This document shows, one piece after another, positions 53,985 to 62,448 of a DNA stretch of 64,000 bases (position 1 is the first letter of the stretch; the number at the start of each line of letters is the position of its first letter). The stretch covers positions 118,061-182,060 of the IMG/VR virus record IMGVR_UViG_3300037280_000066, one strand, 5' to 3'. A program made the translations under genes and the position numbers. Source of the DNA: a virus. Lineage: Duplodnaviria; Heunggongvirae; Uroviricota; Caudoviricetes. Under the pieces are notes generated by a model. That model was not told the origin of the DNA. It searched no databases and saw only the letters and a list, made by a program, of their open reading frames with translations.

Positions 53985-54236
53985 GTGAAGAGTGCAAATA
54001 AAATCATGTCTGAAACAAATAGTAATGAGCTAGGTTTGGCATTAATATACATTGAGTATGAAAGACAAATGTGTACTTGTATGAGACACAATGACCACGC
54101 TGAAACTGCAAGACTAGAAGGATTAATGCAAGGTATTTTAATTGCCACAAAGCTTTTAGGCATTAAAGACTTCTATGGAACTACAATAAGTAATTTACGT
54201 TACGCAATTCAAGAAGAGAGGAAGGAAAAAGAATAA
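53985..54236 (+). CDS. hypothetical early protein
   Basis: 83 aa; GTG start 6 nt after AAAGGAGG. Confidence 0.5.
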   Translation: MKSANKIMSETNSNELGLALIYIEYERQMCTCMRHNDHAETARLEGLMQGILIATKLLGIKDFYGTTISNLRYAIQEERKEKE

Positions 54237-54829
54237 TGCCAATAGGAGTTTTTTTAGCAAGAATGCAACCAATGCATAATGCACATCTCTATGTTGTAGA
54301 GAAAATGTGTAAAGAGAATCGTAGAGCAATAATTATTTTAGGAAGTTCTAATAAAGAAAGTATGTTGAGAAACCCTTTCCCCATAGAACTTAGAATCAAG
54401 TTCCTAAAAGAAGCCATTACAACCAATATAGGCAAACAGTATGCAGATAAGATTGAGGTGTATGAACTGCCAGATTGGACTCAAGAAGGTGATATTCAAA
54501 ATGTTAAGGAATGGGGAAAATACCTTTACTATAACATTGTAAGCAGGATTAAGTCAAAAAAGTTTGGTATGTATTTTAGTGATACACCAGAAATTATGTT
54601 AAACTGGTTTGATGCTGATATTCAGGCAAGAATTGACTTCATTTTTATGGAAAGAAGCACTATTTTTGAAGGTCTAAGTGCTACTAAAATCAGACAGGCT
54701 TTTGAAGACAATGACTTAGATTACATAAAAAAGTACTGTCCACCAGTTATTGTAGATGCATTTCCAAGTCTTAGAAACGCTTGGCTTAGAGTTTTAAAGT
54801 ATCCAATAAATGATTTTAGTATGAGTTAG
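54236..54829 (+). CDS. NMN/NaMN adenylyltransferase-like nucleotidyltransferase (cytidylyltransferase fold)
   Basis: 197 aa; GVFLARMQPMHNAHL resembles the GxFxGRFQPxHxGH motif (HNAH in place of HxGH); LSATKIR resembles ISSTxIR; start overlaps the upstream stop. Confidence 0.6.
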   Translation: MPIGVFLARMQPMHNAHLYVVEKMCKENRRAIIILGSSNKESMLRNPFPIELRIKFLKEAITTNIGKQYADKIEVYELPDWTQEGDIQNVKEWGKYLYYNIVSRIKSKKFGMYFSDTPEIMLNWFDADIQARIDFIFMERSTIFEGLSATKIRQAFEDNDLDYIKKYCPPVIVDAFPSLRNAWLRVLKYPINDFSMS

Positions 54830-54840
54830 GAGGAAGAAAG

Positions 54841-55191
54841 ATGAATAACTGTTTTGATTGTAAATATAAACAAGTAGTATTTACAGATTCAAATGAGGAA
54901 GAAATAATGACTGCTCAGATAAATAAATTCAGGAGTCAGGGCATGGAAGAAATAAATGAGGTGTTGTTTGGACACCTTATGTTTGGTAAGTGTTTAATAG
55001 GACATACAAGGGTTTTTATTGAGTTTTATAAGCAAAGAGGTAAATTACCTAAGACTGAATCAGAAACACTTAAATTATCCTGCTATGAGCCTACAGAGGG
55101 TATGAAGAAAATAGATGATTTAATATCTCAAATAGATAATATGTTAGATAAAAGGGATAATGCGAAATCAGATATACAAAAAAATCAATGA
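54841..55191 (+). CDS. hypothetical protein, frame-0 product upstream of an A7 slippery run
   Basis: 116 aa; TTAGGAGG RBS; ends CAAAAAAATCAATGA. Confidence 0.55.
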   Translation: MNNCFDCKYKQVVFTDSNEEEIMTAQINKFRSQGMEEINEVLFGHLMFGKCLIGHTRVFIEFYKQRGKLPKTESETLKLSCYEPTEGMKKIDDLISQIDNMLDKRDNAKSDIQKNQ

Positions 55192-55585
55192 GCTTAGAGT
55201 TAGAACAGGCTGTAGCTTAATGGAATGTAAAAGGGCTATAAATATATGTCAAGGTGATGTTGCTGTGGCATATGAGTTTGTTAAAATGAAAGGTCAGGCA
55301 GTATTTAGACGTAGAACAGATGGTCAACAATGGACAGATGATGATTACTTAGCAGAAGCTACTAAAATTGCTAAACCTTACCTTGACTACTCTAAATTTA
55401 TATGTAAGTGTAGTTCTAATGGTGCTAATGACTGTGAGGAAAACATAGAAAAAGTATGTTGTATGTCCTGTACTTCATATAAGTCATGTGTAGAAAAAAG
55501 ATGGACTTGCGTTCACCTTGACAAAAAAGATTATCCTCAGAACTGCAAAGAATTATATCTTAAGAATAGGGAGGTAACAGAATAA
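55160..55585 (+). CDS. EF-Ts-N-terminal (UBA-like) domain plus Cys-rich region; +1-frame ORF probably expressed by recoding from 54841
   Basis: KINELRVRTGCSLMECKRAIN resembles the EF-Ts N-terminal motif ([20 protein letters not shown]); its own ATG lacks an RBS; overlaps the upstream gene by 32 nt. Confidence 0.45.
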   Translation: MRNQIYKKINELRVRTGCSLMECKRAINICQGDVAVAYEFVKMKGQAVFRRRTDGQQWTDDDYLAEATKIAKPYLDYSKFICKCSSNGANDCEENIEKVCCMSCTSYKSCVEKRWTCVHLDKKDYPQNCKELYLKNREVTE

Positions 55586-56310
55586 TGTGTGTTACAGTTA
55601 ATGGCGTAGAATGTGAATATGAGCAAAGTGTTTTATCTCAGAACTCAGTTTGTCTTCATTGTATTGATTGTCATTTGTTTACACCTAAGACACCAGTAAA
55701 GATTAAGAAATTTCCACCAAGACCAGTAGGTGAAATTAATCAACAAGTCATAAAGGTGTCAGGGAAACCATTTAAGTCTGGCAATACTGTTAATACCATT
55801 AAAGGATATATGGAACATCCTCAAATACCTAATGAAAAAGCGTATACTTTTTATGAAGATGATTCATATGTAGAGGTAAGAAGATGTTTAATACTAAGTA
55901 CTGCCAAAACTTTATCATTCAATGTTGAAGATAAAGACCTTGCATATCTAAAAAATATGATGAAAGAAATTGATGATTTAAAGCAATTAGTTAGTAAACA
56001 AATTATGAAACTATGTGAGTTAGGCAGTTTTCAGGAAAGGTTTGACAACTGGTTAGAGTTTGCAATTAAAGAAGACCTTCCTTGGCTTCAATCAGCAGGA
56101 GAAAAAGTTAGATACTTATTAGTAGAAGAACGTGATTACAATAGGTGTGAAACTATTGATATCACAACAATTATGGATTGGATTTATGATGATGAATCTT
56201 ACTGTACATGGGACGAAGAAGGTAAGGTATCCACATTTACACAAAAAGGTATTGATATTGCATCAGACCTTATGGAATATAATCTTGGTTCAATAACTAT
56301 TGATTGGTAA
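55585..56310 (+). CDS. hypothetical early protein
   Basis: 241 aa; start overlaps the upstream stop (TAATG). Confidence 0.55.
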   Translation: MCVTVNGVECEYEQSVLSQNSVCLHCIDCHLFTPKTPVKIKKFPPRPVGEINQQVIKVSGKPFKSGNTVNTIKGYMEHPQIPNEKAYTFYEDDSYVEVRRCLILSTAKTLSFNVEDKDLAYLKNMMKEIDDLKQLVSKQIMKLCELGSFQERFDNWLEFAIKEDLPWLQSAGEKVRYLLVEERDYNRCETIDITTIMDWIYDDESYCTWDEEGKVSTFTQKGIDIASDLMEYNLGSITIDW

Positions 56311-56369
56311 TTCACTATATAACAGAAAAAGACAAATCATTACTGGTTTGTCTTTTTCTGTTATATAGT
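56311..56369 (+). terminator. 25-bp perfect inverted repeat (bidirectional terminator or site)
   Basis: TTCACTATATAACAGAAAAAGACAAA-tcattactgg-TTTGTCTTTTTCTGTTATATAGTGAA. Confidence 0.6.
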
Positions 56370-56401
56370 GAATAATATTAATAAAAACGATAATAATAAT
56401 A

Positions 56402-56431
56402 TTGACAACACTATCTTACCTGTGATACAAT
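56402..56431 (+). promoter_or_regulatory. early promoter (TTGACA-18-TGATACAAT)
   Basis: AATAATATTGACAACACTATCTTACCTGTGATACAAT. Confidence 0.55.
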
Positions 56432-56472
56432 GTATTTAGGTTCACAAAACAAATTCACAGGAGGTTATGGTT

Positions 56473-56616
56473 ATGGCAAAGAAAGTAGCATATTGTGTAG
56501 AATGTGGAAAGGTTGATAAGTGTTTAGAAGATAAGAAGTGTCAACTGCCAAACTGTAAGACAGGTAAAGCCAAGAAGTGTTTGTCAAATAATGACTGTAA
56601 AAAATGTGTTCATTAA
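56473..56616 (+). CDS. 47-aa Cys/Lys-rich peptide
   Basis: Not in track; AGGAGG 8 nt upstream; CVECGKVDKC...CQLPNCKTGKAKKC...CKKC. Confidence 0.45.
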   Translation: MAKKVAYCVECGKVDKCLEDKKCQLPNCKTGKAKKCLSNNDCKKCVH

Positions 56617-56627
56617 GGAGGAAGCTA

Positions 56628-56756
56628 TGAAAAATTTAAGATTTAACAAGAAAAAGTTTTTTGATAACGTAGGATTTCCTTTGATTGTAGGTGTCTTGTT
56701 GGCTTTAGTTTTATGGTATATTGCTGAACATCCTGAAATATATTTGTTATATTAAG
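56628..56756 (+). CDS. 42-aa membrane peptide
   Basis: Not in track; TAAGGAGG RBS. Confidence 0.4.
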
Positions 56757-56767
56757 GAAGGTGTAGG

Positions 56768-56914
56768 ATGAATAAGTGGTGGGTTATATTCTTAGCAGAT
56801 GGAACTTACATACAAGTACAGGCAGAAGATAAGGATGAAGCCAAAAGGCTTGCTTGGGAAAATTTTAATATCCCATGGTATAACATGGTTAAGTTTGAAC
56901 TATACTATAAATAG
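56768..56914 (+). CDS. 48-aa hypothetical protein
   Basis: Not in track; AAGGAAGGTG RBS. Confidence 0.4.
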   Translation: MNKWWVIFLADGTYIQVQAEDKDEAKRLAWENFNIPWYNMVKFELYYK

Positions 56915-56925
56915 GAGGTTAATAT

Positions 56926-57066
56926 ATGTTAAGGTGGAAAGTAATTTTAGATAATGGAAGTGAGTACATAGTATCTGCAACTGATAAGTCAGGGGCAATA
57001 CATGAAGCAATAAGAGTATATCATATTCTTTTAAAAGAAGTTGATAAAGTAAATCAAATAACTTAG
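56926..57066 (+). CDS. 46-aa hypothetical protein
   Basis: Not in track; TAGGAGG RBS. Confidence 0.4.
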   Translation: MLRWKVILDNGSEYIVSATDKSGAIHEAIRVYHILLKEVDKVNQIT

Positions 57067-57090
57067 GAGTTGAAAGGGGAAAGGGTAAGT

Positions 57091-57537
57091 ATGCAAAACA
57101 GCAATTTGTTAGAAGTATTAACAAAGTATAAACAAACAGATATGAAGGTGATGAAAACAAATCTAAAAAATGCATGTAAGGGACTGCTTCAAGAGTATGG
57201 CACTAGACAAGATATTGCTGATTTAGTGGGAATGGAGATTAATTCTTTTCAGAGTTGTTTAAATGTCTCTCATGCATCAGTATTAACATTTGAAAACTTA
57301 GTTAAAATGTGTGGGGTTTTGAACTTAGACATTAATGATATGTTTAAAGACACACAAGTTATAACTAAAAGCACCAGAGCAAAAAAGATATGGACTGTTG
57401 AAAACAAAAGGGATTTACTGGATAGGTTTAGTAATGGTGGTGTTGATTTAGTACAGAAGAAATATGACTTAAGCAAAAAAACAATACTGCATTACTATAA
57501 TTTATTCAGTAGGGAGCTTGTAAAAAATAATATGTGA
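57091..57537 (+). CDS. XRE-family HTH protein
   Basis: Trimmed to ATG 57091 (MQNSNLL); TRQDIADLVGMEINSFQSCLN helix-turn-helix. Confidence 0.55.
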   Translation: MQNSNLLEVLTKYKQTDMKVMKTNLKNACKGLLQEYGTRQDIADLVGMEINSFQSCLNVSHASVLTFENLVKMCGVLNLDINDMFKDTQVITKSTRAKKIWTVENKRDLLDRFSNGGVDLVQKKYDLSKKTILHYYNLFSRELVKNNM

Positions 57538-57544
57538 AATAATA

Positions 57545-57573
57545 TTGACAACATCATCTATAAGTGATAAGAT
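57545..57573 (+). promoter_or_regulatory. early promoter (TTGACA-17-TGATAAGAT)
   Basis: AATATTGACAACATCATCTATAAGTGATAAGAT. Confidence 0.6.
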
Positions 57574-57611
57574 ATAAGAGTGGTCAAACAAATTAGATGA
57601 TGGAGGTCAAT

Positions 57612-58124
57612 ATGACAATTACCCAATTGACAAGAAAATGTAAAGAGTTTGCACTAAAGAATTGGAACATGGAATTCAACTTACCTGTAGAGATAAGTAC
57701 TAAGATGTTCAAAAAACTAGGATATTATCAATACAGAAAGGATGTAAATGTTGGAATCAAAATGGTATTTGCCCAATTACTTTTTTCAGGATATTACAAA
57801 GAGGAAACTATTGATAGCGTAATACATCATGAACTTACACATTGGGCATTACATATTATGGAGAAACCTTTTAAAGATAAACATCCAGTATTTGAAGCTG
57901 AATTAAGAAGGGTTGGTGGTTCATCAACAAAGACAATAAAAATTGCAGGTAAGTTACATAATATAGTGTGTTGCAGATGTGGTGAAACAATTGCTTTTAC
58001 AACAGAAACAGGAGCAAGAAACATGTTAAAAAGAATTGATAAAGATGTTACAATTTGTTGTAGGGCTAGATATAAACACGCAGGAATTGTTGAAGTAGAA
58101 GATACTTATGAGTTAAGGAGGTAA
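57612..58124 (+). CDS. SprT-like zinc metalloprotease-domain protein
   Basis: Trimmed to ATG 57612 (MTITQLTRK), 6 nt after GGAGG; HHELTHWALH HExxH motif; C-terminal CCRCGE...CCRARYKH zinc ribbon. Confidence 0.65.
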   Translation: MTITQLTRKCKEFALKNWNMEFNLPVEISTKMFKKLGYYQYRKDVNVGIKMVFAQLLFSGYYKEETIDSVIHHELTHWALHIMEKPFKDKHPVFEAELRRVGGSSTKTIKIAGKLHNIVCCRCGETIAFTTETGARNMLKRIDKDVTICCRARYKHAGIVEVEDTYELRR

Positions 58125-58129
58125 TGGCT

Positions 58130-58285
58130 ATGTTTACAATTTACGCTAAAGTTCAACAGGATGATGGAAGTTATGCAGATGTTGTTAGAAGTATCCCTGC
58201 AAGCTCAAAGGAAGAAGCAAAGAATGTTTTTGCTACACAGTTCATAGGCAGAAAGTATTCAATTTACAATGTTGTTAAGGTATAG
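58130..58285 (+). CDS. 51-aa hypothetical protein
   Basis: Not in track; AAGGAGG 8 nt upstream. Confidence 0.4.
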   Translation: MFTIYAKVQQDDGSYADVVRSIPASSKEEAKNVFATQFIGRKYSIYNVVKV

Positions 58286-58294
58286 GAGGTAGTC

Positions 58295-58441
58295 ATGATT
58301 CAATGCAATTTAACAGAGTCAGAAATTGAACAGATAATTGATGCATTGAAAAATAATAAGGAGTCTTCACAATATAATAGAACACTTCTTAATTATTTTG
58401 AGAACAAACTTAAAGCTTTAAAGTGTTATAAGAGTGAATAG
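58295..58441 (+). CDS. 48-aa hypothetical protein
   Basis: Not in track; TAGGAGG RBS. Confidence 0.4.
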   Translation: MIQCNLTESEIEQIIDALKNNKESSQYNRTLLNYFENKLKALKCYKSE

Positions 58442-58450
58442 GAGGTAACC

Positions 58451-58639
58451 ATGGTAAGAAAGAAAAATGGTAAGAAGAAGCTCAAAAAGAAGGTACTATC
58501 CTCATATGAGATATCGAAGACAGTCAGAGGTAGTTGGCATGGAGTAGTGCCTGTTACAAAGGTGGAGCAAGATGAAAGACTTGACACTACAAAACGTAGA
58601 CAGGCTGAGAAAAAGCTAATACAGCACACACAAGAATAA
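58451..58639 (+). CDS. small basic protein
   Basis: 62 aa; TAGGAGG RBS; KKNGKKKLKKK. Confidence 0.5.
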   Translation: MVRKKNGKKKLKKKVLSSYEISKTVRGSWHGVVPVTKVEQDERLDTTKRRQAEKKLIQHTQE

Positions 58640-58657
58640 TCGAGAGGTGAATGTAAA

Positions 58658-59038
58658 ATGATACCAAATCTTAGACAGCTTATACCACAGAAAAGGGTTA
58701 GTAGTGATAATATGTTTATCAGTGTGTTATCTACTGCCTTTACCACATTTGTTGTTGTTATAATTATAGGTGCTATATTTGTATGGGCAGGAATGACAGA
58801 TATTTATAATAAACAACACATGCAAACTCAAACACTTAACATAACATATCAACATGACAATAATAAAGAAAATTGGCAAAAGTTTCCTGATATCAAATGT
58901 GAATATCAGGGAAAAATCTATACAACATGTATATTTCATGGTTATATGGACTTATCTAAGAACAAGGCAAAGTTCAACATTTATTCTGATACTGAAAGAG
59001 GTGTATATAAAGTAGAATTTGGCAGTTATGAAAACTAA
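58658..59038 (+). CDS. membrane protein (single TM)
   Basis: 126 aa; GAGAGGTGA RBS. Confidence 0.55.
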   Translation: MIPNLRQLIPQKRVSSDNMFISVLSTAFTTFVVVIIIGAIFVWAGMTDIYNKQHMQTQTLNITYQHDNNKENWQKFPDIKCEYQGKIYTTCIFHGYMDLSKNKAKFNIYSDTERGVYKVEFGSYEN

Positions 59039-59052
59039 GGAGATGATTAGTT

Positions 59053-59328
59053 ATGATGATATTAGTGATAATAGGTGTTTGTGATGGGAAGATGATAAGA
59101 CCAAGAACATTTACAGATGAAAATGTGGCTATGACTGAATTAAGAAACATGTATGCTAAGAAATTAGCTGAATATGTTGATATGGTAAAAGATAATGATA
59201 GTTATATCCAACATTCAGGAATAACTGATGATAGAGCTTTCATTGGTTCAGGATTTACCACTATTGGAGAAGGATTTACTAGGGAGCATTACTATGAAAT
59301 ACAATTACATACTACCATGGTAAGATAG
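59053..59328 (+). CDS. hypothetical early protein
   Basis: 91 aa; AAGGAG 9 nt upstream. Confidence 0.5.
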   Translation: MMILVIIGVCDGKMIRPRTFTDENVAMTELRNMYAKKLAEYVDMVKDNDSYIQHSGITDDRAFIGSGFTTIGEGFTREHYYEIQLHTTMVR

Positions 59329-59338
59329 GAGCAGGATT

Positions 59339-59632
59339 ATGAGTGTAAAGGTTAAGATTGAAGTATTAACAGCAGACATAAAGAAACAAATCAATAATGG
59401 TATTGACCAGTTATTTGAGAAAAAGATAAAAGAATTAGAGATAGATTCCTGTCCTCCTGATGTATTTTTTGAGATTCTAAAAGACAAAGGTATTGATATT
59501 GATAGTGATGAATGGGACACAAATGGATGGCAGTATGACTACTGGCAAAATTTCACTCACAATGATATTAAATATCAGGTAAGTGGTGGTGGATACTATG
59601 GAAAATTATCCCTAACAGAATATAGAGATTAA
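59339..59632 (+). CDS. hypothetical early protein
   Basis: 97 aa; TAGGAGCAGG RBS. Confidence 0.5.
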   Translation: MSVKVKIEVLTADIKKQINNGIDQLFEKKIKELEIDSCPPDVFFEILKDKGIDIDSDEWDTNGWQYDYWQNFTHNDIKYQVSGGGYYGKLSLTEYRD

Positions 59633-59635
59633 AAC

Positions 59636-59664
59636 TTGACAAACTATTCAAGGTGTGGTAAGAT
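59636..59664 (+). promoter_or_regulatory. promoter (TTGACA-17-TGGTAAGAT) for a short non-coding transcript
   Basis: AAACTTGACAAACTATTCAAGGTGTGGTAAGAT. Confidence 0.55.
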
Positions 59665-59665
59665 G

Positions 59666-59773
59666 AAAATGTACATTAATTCGTGTACAAACTTCTTTGA
59701 GTAATAAAACTATTTTTCTTATTTATTTTATGTCAAATCCCTTGTCTATGTAGGTAGGCAAGGTTCTTTTTTT
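59666..59773 (+). ncRNA. candidate small RNA (promoter-to-terminator unit without ORF)
   Basis: About 105 nt between the 59636 promoter +1 and the CCTTG...CAAGG-TTCTTTTTTT terminator (59740-59773); no RBS or ORF; contains GTACATTAATTCGTGTAC. Confidence 0.4.
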
Positions 59774-59776
59774 AAC

Positions 59777-59805
59777 TTGACAGTAAAAAATTGATATGGT
59801 ATGAT
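59777..59805 (+). promoter_or_regulatory. promoter (TTGACA-17-TGGTATGAT) for paralog 2
   Basis: ACTTGACAGTAAAAAATTGATATGGTATGAT. Confidence 0.55.
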
Positions 59806-59835
59806 AAATATAATCTGTACTAGAAGGAGTTATTT

Positions 59836-60864
59836 ATGAAGGAATTCAAATCACTACAAGACATTCATACATATTTTAGCCATAAATCAGCTAAATACAT
59901 ATTCAAAGACAAAGTGTTTGATTCTAGAGGGATTACCTATAGTCAATTTGTCAAGTTAAAATATGACAGCATCAACAATTCGTTGGTCAGGGACTACTAT
60001 ACTTTCGATGGATGGTATATTATGTTCTGGCTTATGACAAAAACAAATAATCCATATTTCATTACAACAAATATCAATTTAATATCGGATAGTGTTAACA
60101 TAAGACCTGCCAAGATAAAAGAGGTTTTACTGCATTTACACTCTAATCATATCATTTCTATTGAACATAATGAGGAAGATATTAAGGGTTCTACAACACT
60201 TAATATTGCCATCATCTACAATACAAACTATAGTGAGGAAGAACAAGGCTACATCTCTTTACCTTTAGAGTTTATTAGGATTATCCTACCAGACTTAAAG
60301 CCTAATGAATGGGCTATATATTGTTATGTGTTAGTAAGGTATTCATATTTTACAGTATCTAATGAAGAAGATGATTCAGGTAACATAATATATAAATATA
60401 TGCGTACTCATTATGCTTTTCCTACATATGACCAGATAGCAGATAAATTAAGAATGTCAAAAGAAACTATTAGTCAGGCTTTCAATGCTTTAATAGATAG
60501 TAAATATAAGCTCTTAGATAAGGTTACATCTGATAAGGTGTTTACAACGCTTGATAATGGTAAATCGAGTTATGCTTCTGGTGGTAATAATAGATATAAA
60601 ATACCTATTATGGAGCATATTGAGTATGTTTATCATAACATATATAAGCCTATTACAGATAAGAAACGTCAAGAATATGCTGATATAAAACAAATCGGTT
60701 TTGAGAATATAGCAAGAAGCCCACAACAAAGGATATTAACAGGAAAGAAGTATTTGTACATATTAGAGTATTATGAAGACCTGATGTTGAAATATGAGAA
60801 ATGTCTACAGACCAAGGATGTTGAAGGTTATAATTATTTGAAGGATGAAAGAATCACGTTTTAA
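59836..60864 (+). CDS. HTH-containing protein, paralog of 28843-29892
   Basis: 342 aa; GAAGGAG RBS; full-length alignable with the leftward 349-aa protein; HTH-like YAFPTYDQIADKLRMSKETISQAFNAL. Confidence 0.7.
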   Translation: MKEFKSLQDIHTYFSHKSAKYIFKDKVFDSRGITYSQFVKLKYDSINNSLVRDYYTFDGWYIMFWLMTKTNNPYFITTNINLISDSVNIRPAKIKEVLLHLHSNHIISIEHNEEDIKGSTTLNIAIIYNTNYSEEEQGYISLPLEFIRIILPDLKPNEWAIYCYVLVRYSYFTVSNEEDDSGNIIYKYMRTHYAFPTYDQIADKLRMSKETISQAFNALIDSKYKLLDKVTSDKVFTTLDNGKSSYASGGNNRYKIPIMEHIEYVYHNIYKPITDKKRQEYADIKQIGFENIARSPQQRILTGKKYLYILEYYEDLMLKYEKCLQTKDVEGYNYLKDERITF

Positions 60865-60970
60865 TTCCTCTCAGGTGTCCCACACCTAAAACTGTTGAGT
60901 TATGATTTCTTTAAAACTGTTGTATTATATATATTTATGGAAGTTGCAATATAATATCTTTATAGTACTC

Positions 60971-61122
60971 CTTTCGTCAGTTTTTTGAAAAATCCGTACC
61001 GTTGACTACCTCACGTTTTTTGCAAAAACCGTACTGTTGACTCCCACTTTTTACTTTTTGAGTCGAGTTTTAAAACCTGAAAACACAGTCTAGGAAATGA
61101 TTTTTCAATAGTACGGATTTTG
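60971..61122. repeat. repeat group TTTTTTGAAAAATCCGTACCGTTGACT / TTTTTTGCAAAAACCGTACTGTTGACT / inverted TAGTACGGATTTTGCAAAAAACG
   Basis: Two direct 27-30 nt copies (60971-61000, 61005-61034) and one inverted copy (61100-61122); share the GTACGG-ATTTTT-AAAAAA core with the 28579-28732 repeats. Confidence 0.65.
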
Positions 61123-61245
61123 CAAAAAACGTTATTTTTAAGAGTAGTAAAACTTCATTTGAGGGGTGTTAAGGTGTTTAAAAGTCCTATTCATGCCAAA
61201 TGTATATCGTTTCACTATATTATACATAAAAATAAAAGAAATGTA

Positions 61246-61273
61246 TTGACAATTAGTTTGAAAGTGATATAAT
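61246..61273 (+). promoter_or_regulatory. promoter (TTGACA-16-TGATATAAT)
   Basis: GTATTGACAATTAGTTTGAAAGTGATATAAT. Confidence 0.5.
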
Positions 61274-61313
61274 GAAACTGTTAGAAGATTTCACAGAGAA
61301 AGGAGATATTAAA

Positions 61314-61472
61314 ATGCCATTAACGTTTGTAGTGTTATTTGTTTTGATAATCTTCGTATTTATTTTAATCTGGTGGATATGTGCAGGAATCTTTAGATGG
61401 CTTGGTAAGATATTTAATGATGATGTACAAAAATTCAAAAAAAATTGGAACGAAGAAAAGGAGAGCGAATAA
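61314..61472 (+). CDS. 52-aa membrane protein
   Basis: Trimmed to ATG 61314 (MPLTFVVLFV) behind AAAGGAG. Confidence 0.5.
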   Translation: MPLTFVVLFVLIIFVFILIWWICAGIFRWLGKIFNDDVQKFKKNWNEEKESE

Positions 61473-61474
61473 TT

Positions 61475-62362
61475 ATGTTTAAAACAGGTGGATATTTAGT
61501 AGGTGCAATATTGATTTTGATATTTATTACATGTTGCATGTGTCTCACAACAATAGGTGCAGGATATGTAGGTGTAGTTTATAACACAAATGGTGGAGTT
61601 GAAGAAAAAACTCTTAGTCAAGGATGGCATATAATGTCACCATGGCAACATGTTACTGAGTATCCTGTAAGTACTGAAACAGTTTATTTGTCAAAGGACA
61701 CAAAAGAAGGTAGTAAAGAAGATGATTCAATTAATGTTGGTACAGCAGATGGTAAGCCAGTAAGTGTAGATGTTTCGTATACATATCATTTTGAACCTAC
61801 TAAATTGCAACATGTCTTCAATAAATTTAGAGGACAAGAAGCAAAAGCAATTGCAGATACATATATTAGAAGGTTTGTAAAAGATAATATGAATGCAGTA
61901 AGCACACAGTATGGTATCTTTGATATCTATGGTGGTAAAAGACCAGAAGTAGCAATGAAAGCTTATAAGATGTTGTCTGAGTCATTATTACCAGATGGAA
62001 TATTAATTGAAGGTTTAAGTATTGTTGATGTTAGACCTGATGAAGCAACAAAACAAGCAATACAGGCTAAAGTAAATGCTATACAAGGCTTACAACAGAT
62101 TGAAGTTGAAAAGTCAAGGTCAGTAATTGAAGCTGAGAAGAAAAAGATTGATGCAGATGGAGAAGCAACAAAGAAAAGAATTGAAGCAGATGCAGTAGCT
62201 TATTCAAACGCTAAGATTCAAGCATCAGCTACAACACAAGTTATTGCATTAGAATGGATTAAGAAATGGGATGGTAAGGTTTCTGCTGTACAAAGTGGAA
62301 ATGGAAATAGTATGGTTCAAATCCCACCAGAAGTACTTAATGCATTATCTCCTGCTAAATAA
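61475..62362 (+). CDS. SPFH/band-7 (prohibitin/HflK-like) membrane protein
   Basis: Trimmed to ATG 61475 (MFKTGGYL) behind AAAGGAGAG; TM helix then GYVGVVYNTNGGVEEKTLSQGWHIMSPW...; coiled-coil tail. Confidence 0.7.
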   Translation: MFKTGGYLVGAILILIFITCCMCLTTIGAGYVGVVYNTNGGVEEKTLSQGWHIMSPWQHVTEYPVSTETVYLSKDTKEGSKEDDSINVGTADGKPVSVDVSYTYHFEPTKLQHVFNKFRGQEAKAIADTYIRRFVKDNMNAVSTQYGIFDIYGGKRPEVAMKAYKMLSESLLPDGILIEGLSIVDVRPDEATKQAIQAKVNAIQGLQQIEVEKSRSVIEAEKKKIDADGEATKKRIEADAVAYSNAKIQASATTQVIALEWIKKWDGKVSAVQSGNGNSMVQIPPEVLNALSPAK

Positions 62363-62395
62363 TAACAAAATGGCTCTAGAAATAACATATTCACC

Positions 62396-62426
62396 GAGTA
62401 GACAAATACTGTCTACTCTTTTTTTT
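62396..62426 (+). terminator. Rho-independent terminator
   Basis: GTAGACA-aatac-TGTCTAC followed by TCTTTTTTTTAT. Confidence 0.7.
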
Positions 62427-62448
62427 ATGCTGTTTTTGGCAAAATATA

